63,980 nucleotides of DNA, filler included, from Octopus bimaculoides (GCF_001194135.2; 4 parts of 4 records of this genome joined end to end with filler, not necessarily neighbours in it), one strand, 5' to 3'; shown: positions 24,711 through 37,511, numbered from the whole stretch's first letter. Numbers and translations: made by a program. Notes: generated from the letters alone by a model not told the origin.

Positions 24711-27249
24711 GAGTGTGCAATATTGAGGGTCTAGAAACAATACCGTTTTTCTCAGGACTGAATTTTTGGTGAAAGTTTATCCAAAATGTTTTGAGTGGCA
24801 GTTTTTCATGTTTGATCAGAGGTGCTAGCCGTTAGAATAAGCTGGCTGAGGTTACACTTGCTAATGTGTATAGGAAAATTATTCTGCATTTGCAAGTTTA
24901 TTTTATAAGTTGATTCTGAATCAAATTATAATGTCTGAAGTAAATGGACTCTAAATTTATTGCATAGAATTGCATAACTTTATTATGTAGACTGCGCATA
25001 ACCAATGAGCTTGATTCCGTTTATATTCCATTTACACCAGTGCTGATAAATATTTGCACGAAAGACATGAGTAAGAAGACGACTCCATGGGGTTAACGCT
25101 CTAAGGAGGAAGGAATAACGATATTGGTTTGTGCGGGGTCGAGGAGATAGGACTATCAAACTAAGATTAACTAGTGATGGAGGGACGAATGGGTCGGGTT
25201 ATGTGAGTGAGGAGAAACGATTATCTCCGAGGAACAGAAGCCGTTATAATAGCAATTACTTTTAGCAAATAATGAAATTCAGCTTAGAAAAATAAGGCGG
25301 TGACTATATTCTTTTGTAGTGGCTTCAAATAAATCATCGTTTTATATTTTATGAAAAACAAAGTGAGATTTCTATCACTTGGTACAAAATACAATTTTCA
25401 ATTTTTCGCAGGTGCGATATATTAAGCAGAGAATTTTTCACTTTCGTAATAGAGGAAGAGCAAAAATTAACAGCGCCTCATAAACTGTCGCAATATAACT
25501 TATACGAATAATTTATTTAAATAAAGTGAGAATAGACACAATATTTCTTTCCCCGTCGTGGAAAGCTAGTAGACGAGATGGTGCCACATATATCTAGAAG
25601 CCAAAATTTCTTCGCCAACTCACTATCCAGCATAATGGTCTATATTTTAACTCTTCACCTCATACTAATCTTTTCAAAGTCATTAAACGTGTAATGATCG
25701 CTTCATTTCAACAAGTGGAGATGAAATAAAATAACAATATAAAAGCTGTTACCGTTGTCTTGTATGTTTATGATTTCATTTTTCAATTTTCTTTGGCTTG
25801 AAAGTCATCATGGTATTGGAAAGTAGCATGCTTCTAGTTTTAACGATTCCCTGTAATAGAGGATATAATACCACAAATGATGGGAACGTCATTATGAAGC
25901 ACCGAATTTCGCCAAGCTTCTCTAAGTGCTAGTATTTAAAATGTACTTAATTAAACCCTTTCCAAAAGAAATTATAGAAAATCTAACGGGCATCCATCAT
26001 ATATTTCTGTAAACAACAATACGAAAGGCAACTTTCTGATTTTAAGAAAATAAAGAAAACACAGAAATGTAATATGCAATTAAATTAAGTACAGGATTAA
26101 TTTCGTATAAATGATAAACACTATTTTGTCCTAATTCCTACATTTTTACTTAGAATGGCGTTTCTGAAATAGTCAACTTAATGATAAGAATACTTTATCT
26201 ATATTGTTTTTGAGGATATTGGACACTTTACTAGAAACGCAAAAAGCACAAGTACGGTAATTATATAACGTAAAACTATAGATATATCCTTAAGTATAGC
26301 ATGAAATAAATTCATTTGAATAAACCACGATGGTGAATTTTATCAACTGGTACTGCTCTTGTATATTCATTTCTGTGTAAAAGTTTGTGTGGAGATAATT
26401 CTTGAGAAGAAGAAATAGATAAGGTAAATAAAGATAAGTCAAAGAAATTAATCAGATTTATGAGGGAAGTTACTAATTCAAGATCTCGGATATTTCAGCA
26501 AAGAAGAAGAACATACTATTATTTGCCTTGTAACCGTTACTATTATAGTGAGAATTAAATAGTAAAGCTACAGTTATATCCTAACAATTCACATTTAGAA
26601 CATAAAGAGTGGAAGAAATTACATTTTAAATAAAATCCATTTTATATTTCGTTTTTGCATTTGGTTAGCAAGATTCTTTATATGGATTCGTGTATTGAAG
26701 TATATTTTATTGTCTGAGGAGTGTCATTCTGTTTTAATGCCTTATTACTTAACACCCTCACCGGTTCAATTTCCACTCATTTACGTATCTATTTTATCTA
26801 AGATTTCGTTGCTTCTTGCAACCTCTTCAATAGTCGTTGACTTTGCTGTCCATTATTGGAGCTGCGTTCTTTTTGTTTGTTAGTTCGTGCATATCTATGT
26901 GCGTCAGTGTGCATGTGTATACACATATATATGTATGTATGCGTGTATGTATGCATGTATGTATGTGAGTATGTATGTATGCAAGTGTGTGTATACATAT
27001 ATATATCTATGTATGCATGTGTGTACGTTTGTATGCATTTATTCTGCATATTCATGTGTTTTCAGGTGTTTTGTGATCATGTTTGTGCATTTGTATGTGT
27101 GTGTTTATGTGTGTATCTGTGTGTGATTGCGTATATCTCTGTTTCCTTGTGTGTGCATGTTTGAATGTATCTATGTGTATGGGCTGTGGCCTCTACAAAC
27201 ATCACACCTTGATATTTGGGGGTCTTGTACCATGTATTCACCCTGTTTG

Positions 27250-28075
27250 ATTTGTCACAAACTCTCTGTCAACACGAAGGATCTGGGCTTCATCCTTATA
27301 CTAATCTATGACTATAACTACCTAGACAATCTTGACTTTAGTAGATTCTGCCCCAAAATGTCACACAGGGGAAGACCACCCACCTTCAACACGGCCATGA
27401 AGAAAAGCACAGCAGAGCGCTGGAGTGGCTGGATCAAACCCTACTAGGGTCCTGAGAACAACGGTCAGGTGAAAAGGATGATTGCATATGCAATAGAGTT
27501 TAGGTTAAGAACCACCTTGAAGAACCGTATGGTAAAGTTTAACAGGAAACTACAGATGCAGATTCAAGGTGCAACCACTGGTGCGGCTGGAAATGTGGCT
27601 AGTCTCTTCATGACTTGGTGGGACAGAAAACCTAAACAATCCTTGCTTTACTGTAAATATGTAGATGACATTAATATTCTATTTAGGACAAACTCTAATA
27701 ATAGTGTAGAAACCGAGAGGGGCACAATGGAGAGCATTCAGCACGTAACGAACTCAATCCACCAAAGTATCAAAGTAACTATAGATTACTCCACTAGGCA
27801 CCCTAACAATAGGCCCCCTTTCTTTGATACTGCACTTTGGTTAGAGATTGTGAACAACAGAGTACAGCTCGTCCACTCCTATTACATGAAATGCATAGCT
27901 TCTAAATATGTTGTTCACAAGAACTCAGCTTTGGCACAAAACATGAAATTCGACATACTGATAGCAGACTTAGGATAATGAACAACGTGTCCCCCTATTC
28001 GAAAACCATGAAACAAACGAGCATGTACAAAACTTTTATTAAACCTTTTATTAAACCTTTTTTGATGTCCTTCCA
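27250..28075 (+). mobile_element. Penelope-like RT fragment (Neptune/Nematis-type motifs), pseudogenised
   Basis: One frame reads ELG-like DLGFIL..FCP..GRPP..RWSGW.KP*..KRMIAYA..F..Q.QG..G..ASLFMTWWD..YCKYVDDIN..TM..I..NSIHQSIKVTIDY..LW..HSYYMK..SA..K.DIL, with one in-frame TAG (27445-27447); continues after a frameshift as MNNVSP. Confidence 0.85.
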
Positions 28076-28423
28076 AAAATTCTTCACAGTGATGAGAATG
28101 ACAATGCATGAATTTAATTATAATTACTATGATTATAATTTGTTCTTACATATTTGCATTGTCCTTTGAAACGCGCGTATGTATTGAATCCTATGTCGTA
28201 TTAAATCTAATTTTGATGCAACATCTTTTTCTCCTCCACTTTTCTATAATTGTTTATGGTATATTTATACCTATAACGATATTTTTCAACTACTATTTTC
28301 ATATTCTTATTACTTGCTCTGGCTGTTTTATGAATATGATGAATCTTTATTAGAAATCATTCTTTCTCTCTTTTTGGATCTCTAAAAAAGTTTTAACTAT
28401 TTGTTTTTGAACTTGTATATATA

Positions 28424-28730
28424 TATACCAGAGTATGCCGTACTCCGAACAGACAGAAGGGATAGAAGTCATTGGGGAGTTGCAATGTACATCCGAGAAG
28501 ATGTCACACCCCTACTACTACTATCACACTCAAACTCTGTATGTGATACTTTAATAGTACACATAAAACAAATTGATGTAGTTGTATGCTCAACATACCG
28601 TCCACCAAATACCGCAAAGCAGGAAGGTAAATTTGAGGACAGCCTCAGACGCATAGAAGAGGTCCTGACAAATCTGGACCAACACATCAATATACTTTTC
28701 CTAGGCGACTTTAACCGCCCAAATGTTAAA
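28424..28730 (+). mobile_element. CR1/L2-type LINE apurinic endonuclease fragment, frame intact
   Basis: IPEYAVLRTDRRDRSHWGVAMYIRE...STYRPP...ILFLGDFNRPNV; bounded by (TA)n and a scaffold linker. Confidence 0.88.
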
Positions 28731-28830
28731 NNNNNNNNNNNNNNNNNNNNNNNNNNNNNNNNNNNNNNNNNNNNTTAATTAATTAANNNNNNNNNNNNNN
28801 NNNNNNNNNNNNNNNNNNNNNNNNNNNNNN
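28731..28830. other. Artificial scaffold linker 44N-TTAATTAATTAA-44N
   Basis: Identical 100 bp layout at 54489-54588 and 60437-60536; the 12-mer has stops in all six frames. Confidence 0.95.
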
Positions 28831-29657
28831 GTGTGTGTGTGTGTGTGTGCGTGAATAGATAGCGATTTTCGGCCATAAGATGGCGAATGACATTTTCATA
28901 AATGGTGAATCATTTATGTGGGCTTGGAATGAGAAATTATCCAAGACTCCTACAGAATTTATTTGACATCCAATATCACAGCTACATAACGAAGTAAAAT
29001 TGCATGTACACCATGTTGGTCGGCTATTTATTTATTTATTTTATAAGTTGAAGCATAGCGTCTTTGGTTACAGGTTTCCAGCGGGTCGGTCACTTACTCA
29101 CTACATTTCTGATAGCAAAAGAGTGATACGGATGTGTTTGTAACTCACTTCAGAACATATATCTCAGGAGACATGGAAGAATATACTTGTTTAAAGAGCC
29201 AAGAAGTAGGATTGACTACCATGCGAGTTTGTGAAGCGAAGTACTGAACCATATAACTGTGTATGTGAGAGAGTGGGGTGTAAGAGAGAACTCATAACTA
29301 TAAATTCTCTTTGACCGTCTCTCTCTCATCCCTATCCTTCTTTCCCTCTCTTAAATACTCTCTCTCATCCTCCCCTCTCTCATTGCAAGCTTCTATTATT
29401 TATTACGAAGAATTTACACGGGATACATTGAATATTCAAGAAAACAGTTTAACGTGAAAGAACAGTTATTTAAAGTGATATCTCGTAGATAAAACAATGA
29501 GAACTATCACGAACGAAGCATTTAAGGTAGTTTGTGATTTCTTCTGTTATAATATAAATATTAACAAGAAGAGAAAGGTATCTCTAGGAAGAAATAATAT
29601 GAAGGGGAAAGGTGATGTATGGATGTTGAAAATAATAAACTGAATATTATCATATTG

Positions 29658-29871
29658 GTTTCAAATTTTGGCACAAGACCATCAATTTTGGGGGAGGGGT
29701 TAAGGTCGATTACATCGACCCCAGTGCTCAACTGCTACTTATTTTCTCGACACCGAAAGGATTAAAGGCAAAGTCGACCTCGGCGAAATTTGAACTCAGA
29801 ACATGGAGACGGATGAAATGCCGCAAAGCGTTTTGCCCGCTGTGCTAACGATTCTGCCAGCTCGCTGCCTT
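29658..29871 (-). mobile_element. SINE family B, full length, with 19 bp TSD
   Basis: ACTGAATATTATCATATTG at 29639-29657 and 29872-29890. Confidence 0.95.
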
Positions 29872-30284
29872 ACTGAATATTATCATATTGCAAGTAAATA
29901 CAATATTAGATAATATTACCTTCATAGGACATTCAAACCTTTTTGACATACAATATTAAACAAATATTTCAAAACGTTTTGAAGGCGGATGACCTAGAGG
30001 TTACGGTGTTTAACTATATTCTTTTCAAAGTCGCTTGGTGTAGAATATGATGCTTTCACACCGTGTTTGTTAATCAGCCATTGGAAGCTTCCAGTACAAA
30101 CCATTGAATGTGACCTGTTTGTGACATGTTCTCCTAAACAAATATAACTTTTAGCACCTTTATTTATATACAAGCTTTAATGAATCCTAGCCATAACTAA
30201 TATTTATTAGCGACAGAGGCAGTATTAATGACGAGAGGTAATATTTATCTCCACTTAAATGTGGATGTTGTGTTAGAACAACTA

Positions 30285-30595
30285 TGCTGCAGTGGTTACC
30301 ATGAGTAGTTACCACTGCAGTAATTACCACTTGTTTATATCACTAACGGGGAGACAAATCTCCGCTGCATCAAGTGCCGAGGCCACCAGATCACGTGATT
30401 TCCACCTTCCTTAGTCTTGTCAATGATGGACGCCCGACCGCTAGAGATAGCAGCGACTCGTTGCCACCAGCGATATATAGAATAACAGTGTCAGAACAGG
30501 CGCTGGTGTCGTCATTGACCAGTGGGCTTGTATGTCTTCCCGCTAGCGATATAAACAGGAATGCATTTTTTCTCATGGTAACTACCGCAATACTG
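30285..30595. mobile_element. Old MITE-like element with imperfect ~70 bp TIRs
   Basis: GTAGTTACCA/GTGGTTACCATGAG and TGTTTATATC.CTA.CGGG..GACA occur inverted at both ends (30285-30357 vs 30533-30595). Confidence 0.5.
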
Positions 30596-31360
30596 TTTGT
30601 TTCTAACAAAGCATTCACGTTGAAGTGGGGATAAATATTATCTAACAACAACATATACAACCAACAATTCTTTTAGACATACAAATTATCAAAAAATATA
30701 GCTTTAACTCAGACCAGAAGAAAATGTCTTTACTATCTCTTCCTTTGTATCCCCACCCTTTAAACGTTTGTTTTCGACATCTCTTTTGTATCTTTTTGTA
30801 CTAAATTAAACAAGCAATAAAGATACTTCTTTACACACCACAAAGCACACTAAAACATGACCCCCACCACACTTTGCAGCTGCATTACTCCTTCCACAAA
30901 AGGAACGCCAAATAATTATATATAAAATCTAGGAAAAAAAAGCATGGTGAAATAGTAGAGTTCTCATAATGTTGGATGCAATCTATTGCGCTCTTTCTCC
31001 TGCACACATCATTTTAACCACTATAGACATCAGCAAGGCTTTTAGATCCGTTCCCCACTATTTACTCACATAGAAACTTCCTACATTGCTTAAATCCTCC
31101 TAAAGAAACAACAAAAAATGCTGAGGAAACTACGTCAGGTCATCGAGCTTATAAAGTGTACTACATCAAATTTGTCGATGGAGTATGTCAAGAATACTCA
31201 CTGGATTCATAGCCAAAGATCGAAACCTAGATCTCCATGTTAGTTTCTGTTGTTTTGGGGATTTGCTCTTCGATTTATTAGTTCAACCTGTGAAATTCAC
31301 CACTATCAGAGGAGAGACTAGAGTTGAAGTTTGATAAACCCTTTCATTCCCATTGTCATT

Positions 31361-31577
31361 AGTTTCAAATTTTGGTATAAGGCTAGCAATTTAAGGGCAA
31401 GGGGTAAGTCGATTACATAGACCCCAGTGTTCAACTGATACTTCCTTTATTGACCCCGAAAGGATAAAAGGCAAAGTCGACCTCGGTGGAATTTGAACTC
31501 AGAACGTGAAGTTGAACGCAATGCCGCTAAGCATTTTGTCAGGCGTGCTAGCGATTCTACCAGCTCGACACCTTAAC
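31361..31577 (-). mobile_element. SINE family B, full length, with 13 bp TSD
   Basis: TCCCATTGTCATT at 31348-31360 and 31578-31590. Confidence 0.95.
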
Positions 31578-31639
31578 TCCCATTGTCATTGACCTAGTTC
31601 AACTTTAGCACAGCTTTATATTGAGATCCATGGTGAAAA

Positions 31640-31990
31640 ATATTTTCTTTTCCTTCGACCACATGCAGACAGTTTATTTCTATCATCGTGGAAGTCAGAG
31701 ACATAGGTTTCACAGTAACTTCGCGCGAGCTTTGCATGATTCACATTTCTCTTCCTCCCTCTACAAACATTTACAAGAGATTCTCTATCAAAACCGACTC
31801 CAACTCCTCGCGGTTATGAACCATCAGAATAGTTCCTTAAAATCTCTAATAATTCACTTCTTGTTATTTCTTTAACTATGCAACATGCAATCTTTCTCAG
31901 CGTCTCTTCTAACTTACAACATTTCCACTGTGCCAGATCTGAACCTGCCACAATCCACCAGTTACAACTATATCTTTATAAGTACTACAG
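31640..31990 (-). pseudogene. Decayed RTE-like APE N-terminal remnant
   Basis: Purine-rich minus strand with GRFRSGTVEML and G..DG...GVGV-like segments in broken frames. Confidence 0.35.
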
Positions 31991-32343
31991 GCATTTGTCC
32001 TCTCAGTCGCTCTTTTCATCTTAAATCTATAAACTCTTCCCTCATCTCTACAAAGCATGCAGACAGCCTCATATACATGCGACATCATACTCACATCCTC
32101 TCACTATTCTACATCACTGTAACACAGCAATTTCAGTCCGACATAAATCACAGACAAACCAGGCTTCAAAATGACAAACAGACAGGGCCAACTAACTCTA
32201 CTGTTTCCCTTCTTATAAGCAACATTAGACAATTTCACATGCAACCGACCATAGCACTCAACAGCACAAACAGCGCGCACACACACGCACACGCACACGC
32301 ACGCACACGCACACGCACACGCGCGCATAAACACGTACCCACT

Positions 32344-32512
32344 GGCGCAAGCATGGCTGTGAGGTTAAAGAGCTCGTTTTGCAACCATGTGATTTCGAGT
32401 TCAGTGCCCCGGCACAGCAGCCTGGACAAGTGTCTTCTGCTATAGCCTCGGATCAACCAATGCTTTGTGAGTGAATTTAGTAGATGAAAACTGTGAAGAA
32501 GCCCATTGTATA
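32344..32512 (+). mobile_element. SINE family A, 5' half
   Basis: GGCGCAAGCATGGCTGTGAGGTT...GACAAGTGTCTTCTGCTATAGCCTCGG...GAAGAAGCCC. Confidence 0.85.
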
Positions 32513-33930
32513 TGTATATACCTACGTATGTATGTGTATATGTATGTATGTATGTCAGTTTTATTTCTAGATCTCCTGCCTATAGAGAAAGAGTCGGTTT
32601 CTAACCTAGATCCAAGGTTCGTTCATTAGAATTTCAACAACGTGTATGTATGTATGTGTGTATGTATGTATGTATGCAAATCAAAAATTATGAAAATAAA
32701 AACAACAAAAGTCAGAAGGCCGTACACATAGAATGTTTTAGATTGATGTTCAGTTTAAGATGGAAAAAGAAGGGGTGTATAACGTTTCGAGCATGGAGAG
32801 AGGAAAGGTCCGGAGAGAAGGAAAAAAACAGTCCAATAAAAGCGCGTGAGTGGTTACATGAGTGGTTAGATGAGTCTGACAGTGAGCCCTCTTTCCACCA
32901 GAAACAAGGTGTGGGTAATCACCAATATCTTTGTCGATGTGGTTGCTCCATGGCAGATCACCACAATTTTCTTTACAAATTTAAGCGCTTCATTTCAGAT
33001 TGTGATACTCAAAGTCTCTGGTGTGAACAAATATTTTCCAGACTATGCTTTATACTTCTAGAGTCATGGGGGTTGAAAATAAGGGAAGTATTATATACAT
33101 GCATGATGCATCATAGAATAAAGAATAAAACATAACAAATACCACAGTTGATATAATCTAATATCAATCCTATATTTAAGATACATATGAAAATTACAAA
33201 ATACTCTTTTTTTTCTGTTTTTTGTTTTTTATAGCAATGTATTCCCTTACAGTTTTGTCACATGAAAGCTTCCTTGCAATATCATTTTCTAGAGACACTA
33301 TTCATAAGGAACTTAAACACTCTTCTGTTATGGTAGACCGAAATTTATGAGGAATTCTTTTCTACTTCACAGTTCGTGGTAGGCATTGACAAGTACAGCT
33401 TAAGTACAGTGGTAATATTAGGGAGCACTCAAATTCCGCCAAGGTTGATTTTTCCTTTCATCCTTTCGGGGTCGATAAATTAAGTACCAGTTGCGTACTT
33501 AAGCAAGGACTACTTCCGATGNNNNNNNNNNNNNNNNNNNNNNNNNNNNNNNNNNNNNNNNNNNNNNNNNNNNNNNNNNNNNNNNNNNNNNNNNNNNNNN
33601 NNNNNNNNNNNNNNNNNNNNNNNNNNNNNNNNNNNNNNNNNNNNNNNNNNNNNNNNNNNNNNNNNNNNNNNNNNNNNNNNNNNNNNNNNNNNNNNNNNNN
33701 NNNNNNNNNNNNNNNNNNNNNNNNNNNNNNNNNNNNNNAAAAAGAGTTTCTGATTTAAAAATTGCAAAGGAAATGTCAACTAAATACTAAAGTATGTAGT
33801 CCTACCTATCGATTACATTTCAATTGTTCGCTTTGCATATTAAATAAAAGATTTTGAAAATTAAAGGTGTCTATTTACTTCCTGCATGTCTGTGTATATA
33901 TATTTTTTTCCTGGTGAAGGCCGGTTAATG

Positions 33931-33991
33931 GGGGTTAACCTGGGTTTCCCGTCCATAAAGAGTTTAACTTTATGGCGTATCATCAGACCCC
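33931..33991 (-). ncRNA. Type I hammerhead ribozyme motif (left arm)
   Basis: GGGGU-CUGAUGA-UACG-CCAUAAAG-loop-CUUUAUGG-ACGG-GAAA-CCCAGGUU-A-ACCCC: 5 bp stem I, intact core, 8 bp perfect stem II; base of stem II non-canonical and G16.2 changed to U. Confidence 0.55.
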
Positions 33992-34056
33992 AAGACCTGT
34001 TGGCCTATGACCACTTTAAAATATTTTTTAAAGAGAGTCTTAGGCCAACAGGTCTT

Positions 34057-34117
34057 GAGGTGTAACAGTACGCCGTAAAGTTAAACCCTTTGTGGACGGG
34101 AAACTCAGGGTAACCCC
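34057..34117 (+). ncRNA. Type I hammerhead-like motif (right arm), CUGAUGA core decayed
   Basis: GAGGU-GUAACAG-UACG-CCGUAAAG-loop-CUUUGUGG-ACGG-GAAA-CUCAGGGU-A-ACCCC: GUA triplet retained, core lost. Confidence 0.45.
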
Positions 34118-34219
34118 ATAAACCGGCCTTCATAAGGAAAAAATATAGACTGGTCTATAGTGTGCTTCTTCTTCGGATTTATGTTTTCTAAAAACTATAA
34201 ATATATATATATATATATG

Positions 34220-34269
<50 letters not shown>

Positions 34270-34440
34270 NNNNNNNNNNGCTGTAGTCTTTCGCCCCAAC
34301 TTTCTCTCACTCTTTCTTCCTGTTTCTTGAGTAAAGCTGCGATGGACTGGTGTCCCGTCCAGCTGGAGGAGAACACATACGCCATAGAAACCGGGAAACC
34401 GGGCCCATGAGCCTGGCTAGGCTTTAAAAGGGCGCATAAA
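34270..34440 (+). mobile_element. SINE 3' part with V-SINE-like central domain
   Basis: CTGCGATGGACTGGTGTCCCGTCCAG resembles the V-domain; upstream CT tract shared with family C; (TAAA)n tail. Confidence 0.6.
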
Positions 34441-34554
34441 TAAATAAAATAATATATATATGTATATGTATATATAAATACTCAGACACACACGCACACA
34501 TATACACACACGCACACATATACACACACAAGTATGAGTGTGTCTTTGTGTCAG

Positions 34555-34745
34555 AGTTTGTCTCCCACCACTGCTTGAAAACCGGTGTCGGTGAATTTAC
34601 GTCTCTGTAACCTAATAGTTCGGCAAAAGATACTGATAGGATAAATATCTGGCTTAACAAAAAGTACTGGAGTCGATTCGTTCGACTAAAAATTCTTCAA
34701 GGCGATGCTCTAGAATGACCACAGCTTGGTGACTAAAACTAAAAG
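34555..34745 (+). mobile_element. SINE family A, 3' half
   Basis: CACCACTGCTTGA.AACCGGTG..GTAACCTA.TAGTTCGGCAAAAGA..GTCGATTCGTTCGACTAAA..AAGGCGATGCTCTAG. Confidence 0.8.
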
Positions 34746-34999
34746 AAAGTTATATGCAACATGTCACAATACAGAGAAGACAGTGCAACACACACAATAT
34801 CCGTGAGATACATCAGGGACGATGAACAATCCTCTCTTGGCTTTCATTGTCTTTACAACAAACCACAATAAACTGAAAAGAACGCAGAAACACAGTGCAA
34901 CGCAGCATATTACGCGCACGCGCACACACATACACGCAGCACATCTACAGATCTAATCCGTAATGAAACAAAATTACTTAAAAAGCTGGAGACCATCTG

Positions 35000-35365
35000 A
35001 ACATGCAAACGACATCAACATCACCATCGCCAGACCAACATCAGTCTAACCCCAAACTACCATCACCACCACAATCACCTACCTCCACCATCACCAGACC
35101 ACCACCACCAGTAACATCGATAACAATACCAATGTCATCACAATCAACAGTAACATGAATGTACACGAAATAGCGACGATGGCGGCGACTACCATCACTA
35201 CCACCAGAACCACCACCATTACCACCACCATCACTAAAACCAAGAACATCATTAACAACAGTTATCAGCATCACCTCAACCACCATCACCAATAACAAAG
35301 CTATTACATCCAACACCACCATTACCATTAACAATAGCAACAACTACAACAAGAACACCAACAAG
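35000..35365. repeat. (CAC/CAT/AAC)-rich low-complexity tract
   Basis: Direct reading. Confidence 0.85.
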
Positions 35366-35711
35366 GCAAGAAACGTTAATTAAATGTTGGTAAGAGACGG
35401 GACAGGAGAAGCAAGAAGGGGAGATAACAAATGTTAATTAGAACAAGACTTAGGTTCAACACGGACATTTTTTGGTTTATGTCAGGTTATTGATTAATGG
35501 ATAGAACCGGTAACACACACACACACACACGTACGCGCGTGTGTGCGCGTTCTTGAGTGTGTGTGCGCGTGTGCGTGTGTGTATACAAATTACCATGTAT
35601 ATGCATATATATGTATTTATGTGTATATATATATATATATATACTAAAGGCGGTGCTCCAGCATGGCTGCAAGCAAATGACTGAAACAAGTAAAAGAGTA
35701 AAGAGAGTAAG

Positions 35712-35745
<34 letters not shown>

Positions 35746-35949
35746 AATAGAGACATGCATGCGTACATGCACATAATACTCACATAAACATGCATGCAGA
35801 GTCTGCATGATGAGCGTGCATGTATGCATGTTTACGTATACATATGCATGCGCATATGCAATGCCTCGGTCGACACCAGGATCATCAGCACCATTATCAC
35901 CATCATTGCTAACATCGCTGTTGCCATCACTATACTCTTTTTTTTTTCT

Positions 35950-36245
35950 TTTTTTACTTGTTTCAGTCATTTGACTGCGGCCATGCTGGAGCACCGCCTT
36001 TAGTCGAGCAAATCGACCCCAGGACTTATTCTTTGTAAGCCTAGTACTTATTCCATCGGTATCTTTTTGCCGAACCGCTAAGTTACGGGGACGTAAACAC
36101 ACCAGCATCGGTTGTCAAGCGATGGTGGGGGGACAAATACAGACACACAAACACACATACATATATATATATATATACATATATACGACGGGCTTCTTTT
36201 CAGTTTCCGTCTACCAAATCCACTCACAAGGCTTTGGTTGGCCCG
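35950..36245 (-). mobile_element. SINE family A, young 5'-truncated copy
   Basis: Near-consensus reverse complement of 63570-63790 and 63905-63970. Confidence 0.92.
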
Positions 36246-36665
36246 AGAAACTATGATAATTTTCGTTTTAGCTTTCATCACCATCATCATCATCATCATC
36301 ATCATTACAGTCGTCGCCACCGCCGTCAGCGTCGTCGATGTTATCATCGTCATCCTCCTCCTCCTTCTCGTTATCATCATCATTATCGTCGTCGTCGTCG
36401 TCGTCGTTATCATCATCATCATTCGCATCATCAACATCGTCGTCGTCATGACCACTAGCAGCAGCGGCAGCGGCAGTACAACCACACCAGTACCACCATC
36501 ACTATCTTCATCAATCACTTGTCTCCTTCACAAGAACTAATTGGCTTATTAGTGATGATGACGATGACGACGACGATGATGATGATAACACACCATCCAT
36601 AGCATCCAATAAACCGAGCAATTAACATCGCTTATAACCGAGAGAGACAGACAGACAGACGGAGA

Positions 36666-36716
<51 letters not shown>

Positions 36717-37128
36717 NNNNNNNNNNNNNNNNNNNNNNNNNNNNNNNNNNNNNNNNNNNNNNNNNNNNNNNNNNNNNNNNNNNNNNNNNNNNNNNNNNNN
36801 NNNNNNNNNNNNNNNNNNNNNNNNNNNNNNNNNNNNNNNNNNNNNNNNNNNNNNNNNNNNNNNNNNNNNNNNNNNNNNNNNNNNNNNNNNNNNNNNNNNN
36901 NNNNNNNNNNNNNNNNNNNNNNNNNNNNNNNNNNNNNNNNNNNNNNNNNNNNNNNNNNNNNNNNNNNNNNNNNNNNNNNNNNNNNNNNNNNNNNNNNNNN
37001 NNNNNNNNNNNNNNNNNNNNNNNNNNNNNNNNNNNNNNNNNNNNNNNNNNNNNNNNNNNNNNNNNNNNNNNNNNNNNNNNNNNNNNNNNNNNNNNNNNNN
37101 NNNNNNNNNNNNNNNNNNNNNNNNNNNN

Positions 37129-37473
37129 GGTCGTGGAGGTGATGGCGGTGGTGTTGCGTTAGTGATAATAGTAGCGGCGGCGGCGGCGGTGGTGGTGGTG
37201 GTGGTGGTGTGATGGTGTTCTTGTCAGTGGTGTTGGAGGTGACGGTGTAGTAAGGTTAGTAATGATGGCGGCGGTGGTAGTGATGTGATAGTAGTGTTGC
37301 TGATCGTGTAGTAGTATTTGTAGAGTTCGTGGTTGAAGTGTGGTGGCGGTTGTAGTTTAGTTTTGATGGTGGTGTAGAAATGGTGGTGCGGTAGAAGTGT
37401 TGTTGTAGTAGTTAATGCAGTAGTGTTAATCGTAATGGTGTTAGTTATGGCGGTGGCAGTGGTGGTGTTGTTG

Positions 37474-37511
<38 letters not shown>

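Larger units (their letters stand above)
33898..34146. mobile_element. Palindromic ~250 bp element, each arm carrying a hammerhead-like motif
   Basis: 33898-34021 is the imperfect reverse complement of 34026-34146; TA-rich flanks. Confidence 0.8.
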
